From positions 53,909-73,908 of the forward strand of contig KZ538404.1 of assembly GCA_000934665.2 (NCBI GenBank): DNA of 20,000 nt. The letters are read 5' to 3'. Source of the stretch: Catajapyx aquilonaris. Taxonomy: Eukaryota. This document shows, one piece after another, positions 1 to 9,299 of this stretch; the stretch's first letter is position 1, and each line of letters opens with the position of its first letter. Position numbers and translations under genes: made by a program. A model generated the notes under the pieces. That model worked only from the letters and a program-made list of their open reading frames with translations. It made no database searches and was not told where the DNA came from.

Positions 1-434
1 ACCCAGTATTTTACTCCAAGGAAAGGAAAGGAAGAGAATCGTGGAAGTTTGACTACGGCATTATGCCAGGATGCTTCACTATCCCATCAAGTTTCAGCTT
101 CTGATTATTTCACTTAGAGTCTTCTTATGCAGTAATACGTAGAGAGCTCTTTCCTTTTTGACGTCTATATTAGTAGCGTAATTAATTGCAACCACCATCC
201 AGCAAACACAGTCCGTAATAATACTGACAACGATACAGGGTGAACTCATGGGTTCCAAGGAATCACTATGCAGCCTAGTTACATAGATAATGGGCATCAA
301 ATGTAAAGCATGAAATATCCTGGCAGGTATGCCGTATGCGTCCTTCCAAACAACCGTGTCTTTTTAATATTTCAATTTAAAGTTTTACCGTGCAATTTTG
401 ATTGAAGTTACAAGCTCATTAGCCCGGGCGCAAA

Positions 435-760
435 TCATGCAATTATTTTGGTGCGACGCGTCACCCCGATTGGTTGAATCGAGGCAGGATGCGCGCACAG
501 TGTTCGGGCAGTGTCGCAGGCAGTATATTCGCCACGTATATGAGGTGGTATAATGCTCTCTTTGATCAAATCTAATTTATTCAGTAACAAGGCTGCGGAG
601 ACAAAAGGAAACCTCCACATTTGACATTCGTGATCCTTTGGTGTCCAGGAACTCGCCCTAGCGCATGTCTCCGCTATTATTATGAAACACCATGTAGATT
701 TAATTAAAGTGCTGCATATGACTAACATGAATAGGAGATCTCATAGTTAAGCAACAATAT
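435..760 (-). mobile_element. Decayed LINE APE-endonuclease fragment (RTE-like)
   Basis: ORF 435..728(-) reads LVICSTLIKS...SWTPKDH...LIKESIIPP...CDTARTLCA. The motif order matches the RTE endonuclease C-half (LVICNTFFKK...TWxSP...IKDxKxxP...SDHRLLVA). The catalytic SDH is degenerate. By-eye alignment. Confidence 0.5.
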
Positions 761-1595
761 TGGAGTAACTTACATTATATGAAGCTTAGAATGTTGGAGT
801 AATTTGACATGTTTCTTTCCTTAGATTGACTTAAACATCGTGCAGTGCGTTTGTGATCGCATACTACATTTAGAACGTAACAAAGAAGCGTGTCTGAGCA
901 GACAAAGTACTACACAACCATACATGGCAAATACTGTATAGTGCTGTAGCCAACGTCCCACCTGTAGAACAGCACTTCTCCAGAGTTACAGAGTCCAGCA
1001 GGGCCCTTACTGAAAAGATGACACTAATAGACGTTCAAGTCAGCAGGAAAAGGGACACCTCTGCAATATCGAGATCTGCACTCTCCAATAGACAGTCGAC
1101 AAAGTTAGACAACTGAAACGTTTTTTCGCTGGATTATTGTGCCACTAAGTTCTATCAGAGCCTAGGCCTTGATACTATAACGAGATACTGTATATCAGAC
1201 ACAGCAATAAAAATGACATCTGTGATCTTTTGCACTTAATGCCATAAGAATACCTTTGGCCCACTATTTTCTATTAAAACCTATAGTGACTTACAACATA
1301 ATTATGCTGAGTCTGTATCCGTGTTGCCTATATTATTGACTTATAAACGCCCTAGATCACCCTAGGTGCCATCAAACCTTGATTAATGCAAGCCTATATT
1401 ATTTCTTCTAGAATTGGCTCTTTCTCGGCTCGTGCTGCCATTGCCTACAGTCAGTATGGTTATTTTAGAATCAGATCTCCATATAGACATATTACATGTT
1501 CTTTAACATAGGCGCATTTGGGAAGACTCTTTCCTTTTTAATCATGTGGATTAGCCTTGCTTACTTCGTTTTGGTTGTTGATTATCCTGAACATT

Positions 1596-1897
1596 CCGAA
1601 GCAGGTTGGCATAGTGGATAAGGCGTCCGACTGCTAATCGGGAGGTCCTGGGTTCGAATCCCGGGGCCGGCAACTCTGACCGTGGTTTTCTGTGGTTTCC
1701 CACGGTCCTCCCAGGAAAATTCCGGAGTTGTTTCCGTAATTGACAGGCCACAGCCGCTTCCTTCTGTCCCTATCCCATCCCAAAAAGTGCAGTAAAATGA
1801 AAGCAAAGAGTTCCAGGCAAAAGAAAACTTTCCCCCTAAAGAGCCAAAAAAGGCTGATAACGGGGTATGAATTATTAATTATTAATTATTTATATTT
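1596..1897 (+). mobile_element. Full-length tRNA-derived SINE (tRNA-Ser(GCT)-like head, insect-type conserved body, ATT-rich tail)
   Basis: tRNA-like head 1601-1671 with A and B boxes. Body GTGGTTTTCTGTGGTTTCCC...CCAGGAAAATTCCGG...AGGCCACAGCCGCTTCCTTC resembles the conserved central domain of insect SINEs such as locust Lm1 and termite Talua (from memory). Tail (ATTATTA)n at 1871-1897. Perfect 15-bp flanking direct repeat. Confidence 0.93.
1607..1661 (+). promoter_or_regulatory. RNA polymerase III type-2 internal promoter of the SINE
   Basis: A box TGGCATAGTGG at 1607-1617 and B box GGTTCGAATCC at 1651-1661, with tRNA-like spacing. Confidence 0.88.
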
Positions 1898-2519
1898 ATT
1901 ATCCTGAACATTGGAGCAGCTTCCATCATTAATGTCACAATAAGATATGCGCATAAAACGAACTCATATTCAGCCAGTTATATCTGGTAGCAATTTCCCA
2001 CCACACTGTATGCCACACGTGACTGTACTGAGCATAAAAGAGCCCATTCTCGTATGCCGGAAGTGCATTGTGCAAAACTTTGACGGCCCCTAGGGCGGCC
2101 TCGGGGTGTTTATAGAGTGAATGATCTACACCTCTGGATTTAGCACCTCCTTCTGTTTGGTCTCTACTGGACTTGAACGAGCGATAATAAATATCAGCCC
2201 AAACGGCTATCTATTTGTGAACTGTGCAATCCTTCTATTCCGGTTAACTATTGGTTTAATCAAAGGTAGGGTGTGAGACAAAATGCTCATGTCAGCCAGA
2301 GAACGAGTCATTTCTGCTGAATTGGAATTTTTATTATCTCTCATCGTTGACTTAGAGAAATTTGATGTTATTGACTGATTAATATTGACTAAAATATGGG
2401 TTTGGTCAAATGTTGGATGTTTTAAGAGGAGCAGGGAGGAAAGCGCTTGGTCGACTGAATTACTTGAGTAATCACTTGCACTTCTCTTCCCTTGCCGCAC
2501 TAGAAAATGAAGAACACTG

Positions 2520-3600
2520 ATGACGTTTTACTTGCGCCCGAAACTTTTCCCCTTTGTTTTAAGTGCAATATAATGAAAGGAAAACAAGTTGGAAGTAATT
2601 TCTATGGCGTCCTCCCACGCACGGTGTATTAAATTCGCATGAAAGTTGCGTTTAACCAGATATGCGGATTATTTTCGACCTTTTTGGTTATATGCCACCT
2701 TGGCTAAACGAATGTTGCATATTTTCCTGCTCCACCCACAATGGTATATATTCTTTTTCGAAGTACTTGAATGCAAATCTAGCTGAATTTTGCACTGCCA
2801 TTTATAGCATATTCTACTTAGAAGCTGAATTATTTTAGTAAAAACCTTAAATTTTGGCTACAGAGAACCATATTGCATTAAATTTTATACATTCATGCTC
2901 TCTCCTGGGGTTGGGGACGTGTGAGGTGTAGACTGGTTTTAATAAAAGTCAAAAGCGTGGACATAGTTTCTTCCGGTTGCTTGGTTCGTATACCTTATGG
3001 TTGTTGACCTGATCTACCGTATCAGCAGATGTCCGTGTACATGAATAAATCCTCCAGGTCCTTTTTTTTATTCTTTGTCAGCGCGGTAAAAGAGAGGGAA
3101 ACGGCCGCTATGAAAAGTGGACCTCGAGTGTCTGATTCTAAGGATCAAACGGCTGGTCATATCCGTTTGAAGGGCCGAAAGAGCCGAACTTATGGCTTCC
3201 TTTGATCTGAAACGCATTTCCCTCCTGTGGAACTTCCGTCACCTGCATCAGAAGGAATAATAACACTCCAGGAATATTACATCAGAGAGAAGTAATTTTA
3301 CTGTTTAAATATGCTGAAAAGGCGCTTGATCGGGTTCACTTTAATTTGCTCTGACAATTTGGGCTCTAGATAACACGTCACTCCGTTGAATTCATGATTA
3401 TTGTATTCAGCTCTCCATTAATTAACAACGAAAGGGGGTTAGCTTAGAAGGCTGTCAGGTATTGAATGTTATCCAGGTGCTTGTATTATTCACGACGTGC
3501 ATCAGGCCCCGCGAAGACTTATGAAAATCTTTGACAGGGCCTACAGAACGAGTCAAAATGATGGTCCAAACTTTTATGCCATATTTAAGCAGTTACTCTA
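2520..3600 (+). mobile_element. Decayed LINE ORF2 (RT plus C-terminus, I/R1-group-like)
   Basis: Ordered motifs: ETFPLCFKC (2540), FRPFWLYATLAK (2673; cf. YRPISLLSTLxK), LLHPQWY (2727; cf. LLHPQQYGFR), RST, NLAEFCTAIYS (2777), FSK, IPYGC..SVYMN (~2990-3045; cf. VPQGS..FxIYxND), LRRLSG (3443), LVLFTTCIRPR (~3480-3512; cf. LYxxLIRPRLDY) and TG/AYRTS (3534-3553; cf. TGAYRTSP typical of I/R1-type elements). Confidence 0.68.
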
Positions 3601-3739
3601 GTGAAAGTCAACATGGCGAACAGTTATAGAGAGGATATGTGTGGCCTCTGCTGTGAATGATCATTTCACATCAATTTTATGAACGCCAGCAGCTTTCAAA
3701 ATTATGCGACCCAGAACGTAATGCAACAGGACTCGGCAG

Positions 3740-4320
3740 CCTGTATATTGCAAATACTGTAGGTAGCATGATAGCAGTAAACGACACCGTGAATCTGTCA
3801 AGTTATTAGTAGTACGCTTTTGTAATGATTAGTCCAGTGTAGTAGATGAAATCGATATGTTGTATACCGAGTGGCCAACGCAAAGCTCTCCAACCGTATC
3901 CGCGGCTGATTACGGATCGCAGATTAATTACGAACTCAATCCATGCAAGCGCCTGATCATCCAGTACGTAGACTATACTTAATTTGTTACGTAATAGCAC
4001 AATTTGCAACCTGGTGGAAGTAATTCATAATATTCTCACCTGCCTTCATTGTACGCCTCAGCTGGAATTAGGGGAATATGGTGACCCCTGAAATTAATCC
4101 CTTTTGCCGCCAATAAACTAGTAATTAGGAATTACACCATATTCTGCATCCACGCATTACTCATTAAAGTAAAATTGGTAGCTGTTTACGAAGCTTTGCT
4201 ATAATATTATCACCGTGAAAATAGAGACGCCAAGTAACGTAGACATCATGATCGTGCAGGAGAAATCCACTGTCAGAAAAACCATTTTCGAGATAATCGG
4301 AAGCAAATATTACCTTTCAC
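3740..4320 (-). mobile_element. Decayed LINE RT fragment (CR1/L2-group-like)
   Basis: YLENGFSDS, LYFHGD..LPIL, IPNY*F (~4130; cf. IPxxQFGFR), then ORF 3806..4009 KLSIVYVLDDQALAWIE..RS..PLGIQ (cf. KL..G+.G.ALAWI.SYL..RSQ..GVPQ). Confidence 0.5.
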
Positions 4321-4529
4321 TTGTTTACATTCTAGTGAATTGTGAATACGTAAAATTCTGGTTTACTGACTCATTGTAAATCTTCAGAACTAAACGGATA
4401 TGTCACCAGGCGGCAGAGCAGAACAAGTGCTAACTTATAGTTATAGTGCTGTAAGTAACTCAAAACGGCTAAATAGATTTTTCCTGCATGATATTAACAA
4501 TACAGTCATTTTCGTTCACACAGCCCAAA

Positions 4530-5860
4530 GTTCGACATGAAAACTGAGACATTCCCTACTGTAGTGGAGCGCTCTGCAAGCATTCAATTCGTAGATCCCC
4601 AAAAATGGGGTGCATGCCCATGACAACGGATCCGTGAAGATATCTGAAGCATCCGCCGGTTCCGAAACTAGAAGAGAACCTTACCAAAAATATAAGCAGT
4701 CGACAAGAGTCCATTAGTTGCCATGATTGGTGCAGGCCACGTTGCCAGTTGGCAAGCAAGCAAGAAGAGACTGTGAATAAGAATATTTAGTTGGACGGTA
4801 TGGGGTTGGAGGAATCAAATAGAGAAAAAAAAGAGAGGATAGGGGTGCGTTCTTCTCGTGTCTGTAAAGAAGCCAAAGGCTGAAGCTGGGAGTCTGGGAA
4901 TGGTGGAGCCTATCGATTTTGGGCCGGATCCATTGGGAAAGAGTGGAGCCTGCAGAAGGGGGGTTGTGGAGCAGAGGCTGGGGGTTGTCATGAATGAACG
5001 CGGCCTTCAATGGATGCCCTGAGAGGGAGGGAAAGGGAGAGGGAGAGATGCTTGCGTGCGTCTCTTGCCTTATACACTAACCCTGCTGGTAGGGTGTGGC
5101 TGCGACCTCTGCCGAGTTCAACACACAATTAGGAACATCCCGGATTTATTTTTTGTCCATTCACATGTTGCGAATGATTTTTGTAGGTCGTAAATTTGTG
5201 ATTGGCTCGATGTTTAATGTGGATGAAACTTCATTGTCAAATGTCAATTCGGTCAAATGTGTTGGTGGGAAAGGGGCAGCCACACGCTATTTATAGTACG
5301 AGTTGCTATCCCTATTGAAGTTGAAGGGTTGCAGGCTGTAATAGACAGTGAATGGGACGGCCGGCTGCGCATTTCCGGGTGTGTAGCTGCTGGTTGGGTA
5401 ATTTTTCCGAATCTGAATATTATGGGGGATCGGGGCTATGTTTAGCCGCAACAAAGAATTACAATTTGCAAAATAGCTGTCGGAATTTCCGAATGCGTGA
5501 AAGTGATTGAGTTCAGGTTGACTTGCGTGACAGCCTGTGGAAGTGTATTGCACTTGCAGAGTACACTGTACCGGACTTGGGAAACGAGATATTATGTCAA
5601 TATTCTCGGCCCTTTCTTGTCATTAACAAAAAAATTCGTGTCATTCCACAGTTTCATTTCATATGAAGCCGAAATTAGGCCGGAAATTTTTGTGTAATAT
5701 CCCCTCTCCAATATTAGAACAGGAATTACAGTGTGCAATATTATAGAGCTTGCGAGCTTTTTCTTTCATCATTACGTAAAAACAGGTCGCTGTCGTGCTG
5801 CAGCAGTGCTGTCCGATAACGCTGTAAAAATCCTTGGGACAAGCGATGCTCCTATGTATG
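4530..5860 (+). mobile_element. Decayed pogo/Tigger-type (Tc1/mariner superfamily, DDE_1) transposase pseudogene
   Basis: psq-HTH-like DMK..ERSASIQF/IP (4534-4600). CENP-B-type HTH-like LEENLTKNI (4668) and IGKEW (4932; cf. AGKDW). DDE start KF...MFNVDETSLSNV..K..G.KG (5210-5275; cf. IFNVDETGLSTV..KV+A.KG), then ISGCVAAGWVIFP (~5370-5410), VIEF (5503), GPF (5608), ITVCNIIELA (5725) and NAV (5818). The first catalytic Asp is retained; the second and third are not recognisable. No TIRs found. Confidence 0.72.
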
Positions 5861-6360
5861 TGCAGTTACTGAAGAGTAACCCCACTCGTGGCAATCATCG
5901 GGAAAACTTTTCGTCGGCCGCAATTTTTGGTCCGTCACAAAAGTGCCATAAAACGGATGGATAGCATCAGGACAAAGGCCTGGCATAAAAGGACTGCCAC
6001 TTCCGCCCAGAAACGCGCGCAATAAACGAAACAATCCGCACGCATTGGGCCGTAGTTAGGCTCGCTTTTTAACTGCGACTGGTTCCGCTTTTTCGCCCAG
6101 ATCATGCTTTCCTGGGCTACCAATTTGGCGCCAGTGAAACACCCGAGCTCCTCCCTTGTGCTGGACCCGATGCTGTACCATCCGGAATCAGCCTTTTTAC
6201 CTCCACCCACACTTGTTTCCAATTCCTATTTGCAAGGGATTAACCAGCAGACGACATGCACCATGCCCTTTGTTTCTGCTACACCCTAAATGAAAGGGTG
6301 TAGATTAATAGTCATGAAGTATACCCATTCAAGACGTGTCATAGACTAAATAAATAGGTT

Positions 6361-6461
<101 letters not shown>

Positions 6462-6464
6462 GAA

Positions 6465-6730
6465 AACAAGCTACATGACTGTATTAAGAACTGATATGGT
6501 TGTACTGTACAGTACCAGTATGGTGTTCAACTATCATTCGGTGGCATTACAAGTATTAGTCAATTAGTGCAACAGAGGATATCCTTCGTGTCAGGCGACC
6601 CTTGAAGCAGGAGTGGTTGAAGGGAGGAATAACCGGCAGGATGACCCTATATATTCACGTGCACAGTTTGCCGAAACTTAAATTATCATGCCATTATCTC
6701 CGTAATGAAGCCGAAATAGACTAGGGTAAT
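6465..6730 (+). mobile_element. 3'-terminal fragment of an RTE-clade LINE ORF
   Basis: STIIRWHYKY (cf. TIKRRxLKYxGH), then LEAGVVEGRNNR plus GGATGACCC (6601-6647; cf. EGKIEGKxxRGRP with CGA>TGA). Confidence 0.45.
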
Positions 6731-7059
6731 TTCGTCTTGGAATATCATATAGCATGAACCTAAGTCCGAGAGGAAGTGCGCAGAGGAGTGCTTATCTAGA
6801 ACCTATAGCAATGGCTTATGTCATTACAGTATTATTTTTGGAGCTCATTGAAATATTTGTTTCGAATAAAATATTTCCACGGGCACGGTACGCTGACCTT
6901 CCAACCCTGTTGACAATGCATGTAAGCTATATCTATCGATATCGCGCAAGTATTTAGTTGGCCTCATCTATTCATTTCGAGGGGAGGGAGGGGGGGGGGT
7001 CGTCATAACGCTGAAGTTTCACAATAAAGTTCCGTTTATGATATGGAATATGTATTTTG

Positions 7060-8620
7060 ATACTTAAATGCAGAACTCGGAAGTTTCCAGAAGGTGCTAC
7101 GTAAATGACGCAAGTGGAAAGTGCCTGCATCTCCATCAACTCAGCACATGAAGGGGATAATTATATTGAGACACCATCAAAGCAGGAACGAAATGTGGCT
7201 CTAGATGTACTCTCCGTGCAAAAGCTGATCTTAATTGGGAAACAAGATTAATCCCTTTTTAGCCCGTATCCACCAGTCTATTGAAATACACTAGTTTGAT
7301 AGCACTGTCCTGTGAAAAAAAAGTTCACTTTCCCAACGCTTGACCAAAGTCAACTGGGTTCCTATCCGCTGACAAGGGGGATTTACCGTTGCTTCAGTCC
7401 TGTTAGATTAGTGGGCTTGCCAAAACCCATTTGCGCATCGTCCTGTTTAATTAATATTGTAGTTAATCAGCATGTCGTTTGCCTAATACACCACCCTGAT
7501 TTCGAGGGATTGTCGGTTCAAATCCTCAGGCTCACCTGTACTATTCGTGCACCACACAGCTCTTTTGTGTCTTTTCCTTTTTATCCCTTTTAGTGGCTGT
7601 TTCGGTTGGAAGGGTTTTTCATTTATTGTTCTCTTCAAGCTGAAACTTTGAAGAATATGTTTACTTGCCATATAACGCCCAAAACGCGATGCTGGCCCCT
7701 TTGAATACGGAGGTATAATTTCGTTTCAAAGATTCTTTCTTGTAAAACGAATTATGTTACATTAAATTTTAGTAGATACTGTTATACAGTATATTGTGGA
7801 TCATACATGTTTTGAGTATAGTGCATAGAGATTTTGCTGCATTATAGGCTTAGCAGTCGGACTGTATGGAGACGTGTCTTGCTCAGCAATGCGTGCAATA
7901 TGGTGCTAGACCCAAAATAGTTCGTGGAAGTCAAAATCAAATTAAATTTGCGCGGCAAGGTTGCGCTGAGGTCAACCGGGGCGCAAACTGCTCCTTGGAT
8001 CTCTGAACTCCTAGTCTGTTTCCGTGAACTTGATTACGGCAGCAGCGTATTTGGAGGACAGAGCTTTTAGGGCGTCTGATTTAATTTCGACTCTACTCAT
8101 CTCTCTGTCCGTATAGGTAGTGTCCCAGCTTTGACATTACCTTATGTGCGGACCAATGAAAACTGTTACATGCTTTACTGTCACATTCAATGATATTCTT
8201 GTGAAACTCAGCAGCTGTTTCTAATGCTGCATTAGGTTTGCACTTATCTCTGACTTGAAATATGTCCCCAACGCAACGGTGACAATGTATTCACGTAACG
8301 ATAAGTACGACTTGACATCAGGTTGGGAACCGTGCCGTCACGTATAGTGTCGTGCTTCCGATATGGTGTACAGGTGAAGTGGGAAATATGAGTGAATGGA
8401 ATAGACGTATATCTGGCAGTTCAATGCGTGATGGGAGTAATGCAGGTATATATCAGCAGGACCTGCATTATTAAGTCCTGGAGTCCATTTGGAGTGTCAC
8501 GTTCCCAATTGAGTCAGAGAGGTTTGGATAATGCTGGGGACTGAGACGTTGGAAGGTAGAAGACCACGATTCTCATGTCAGTCACAAGCTCTCAGGGTGA
8601 CCCGGAAGGAGAGAAGGCTC
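7060..8620 (+). mobile_element. Decayed RTE-clade LINE ORF2 (linker, RT, C-terminus)
   Basis: KVLRK*R (~7095), ETPSKQE..AL (~7170; cf. PPTxEEVxxA+), EYGGIIS (~7703; cf. NYRGISL), VDH, IVHRDFAA, QYGARPKIVR..RQGC (7896-7964; cf. YGIPxKIVR..GVRQGC), TPSLF, DITLCAD..LHALL..LGLHLS (8133-8250; same frame as RQGC), VVLPI, RRISGSSMRD (~8405; cf. RRIxGxSRRD) and LEGRRPR (~8550; cf. EGRRPRGRP). Confidence 0.7.
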
Positions 8621-8889
8621 AAGTATTGAAAACCTCTCCAGGAAGAGGGTGAAGTGAACGTGACGGAGGCATTCAAGTAGGGCTCAATGTGCCTTGCCTG
8701 CCTGCCTCCCCGCTTCTCCCATTCACCACCAGGGGGTCGCTTTATTTGACACATTAAATGCACACCAAGACTACGTCTTTATCACCTCGTTAGTCACAGA
8801 AGCACTCATGATTCCGAAAAATGAGTGCGGCATATGCTGCTATTGATGGGGGGGGGGGGCTAACTATTGCGCCTCCTATTTCCTAGACA

Positions 8890-9200
8890 AATGGGCATTG
8901 TTTCCTTCCTGCAAAACAAGTCGACTGGTCGCGATAAAAGTGGATCAGCCTACCCCAGGCAATGGAGTCCCATGAAATGATTATACAGATAATATACACA
9001 TTTGAAATGTTGAGGAACGCCGGATGATAGTCTGCAGCAGCCAATTCCCATCTGTGTTATTATTACGCTTGATGGACAAATGCCATTGGGCATGCAATTA
9101 CTAGGCCGTCCAAATGTCAGCCCAGCATTATCTCCGGGGCTCTGTGTGATATCCACCTCTTGGATTATATTACATTATTGTATGTGGTCGCATCGATTTT
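8890..9200 (-). mobile_element. Decayed LINE RT core fragment (CR1/Jockey-like)
   Basis: KIDA..ISHR..LDGLVIA..AFV, then SSGVPQ (9027-9010)..LYNHFM..CLG*ADPLLSRPV (*AD at 8952-8944; cf. YADD) and LVLQE. Confidence 0.5.
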
Positions 9201-9299
9201 TCACTTGGACTATGTGCCACATGATTATCGCATTGGGACAAGGTATCCGTGGAGCATTTATTCTCTGGCGAGACGCTTTTGGTCCGCCAACTAACCTGG

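Larger units (their letters stand above)
1581..1912 (+). repeat. 15-bp target-site duplication ATTATCCTGAACATT flanking the SINE
   Basis: Identical copies at 1581-1595 and 1898-1912. Confidence 0.95.
960..2495 (-). mobile_element. Decayed LINE ORF2 (RT plus C-terminus, CR1/L2-group-like), interrupted by the SINE
   Basis: Minus-strand motifs occur in the expected order: SVDQALSSL..KHPTFDQ..ILVNINQSITS..RSLADMSILS (ORF 2207..2500; cf. EVxxALxSL..KSPGxD..LxxIINxSL..YRPISIL), PFG..RSS, VTCGIQCGGKLLP (~2023-1985; cf. VTCGVPQGSxLGP) and FYAH (cf. YADD). After the SINE come ST*LKR (~1550), DLG (~1355), YSIKA* (~1175), IIQRK (~1130) and DLNVY*CHLF (~1030). Confidence 0.65.

Noticed and set aside
234..260. 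TA-CAGGGTGAACTC, a Tc1/mariner-like TIR start
   Set aside because: No matching inverted end was found.
757..810. Short imperfect direct repeat (AT[A/G]TTGGAGTAA[C/T]TT..CAT) x2
   Set aside because: Only two degenerate copies, consistent with a local duplication and not a CRISPR or satellite array.
1601..1671. Functional tRNA-Ser(GCT) gene
   Set aside because: It lacks the Ser variable arm, has an imperfect acceptor stem, and is embedded in a SINE with body, tail and TSD.
3864..3880. TA-CCGAGTGGCC TIR-like motif, and a Tc1-like reading ISRG..WP..IDF of ORF 3806..4009
   Set aside because: No partner TIR, and the segment fits better as part of the ordered LINE RT motif series.
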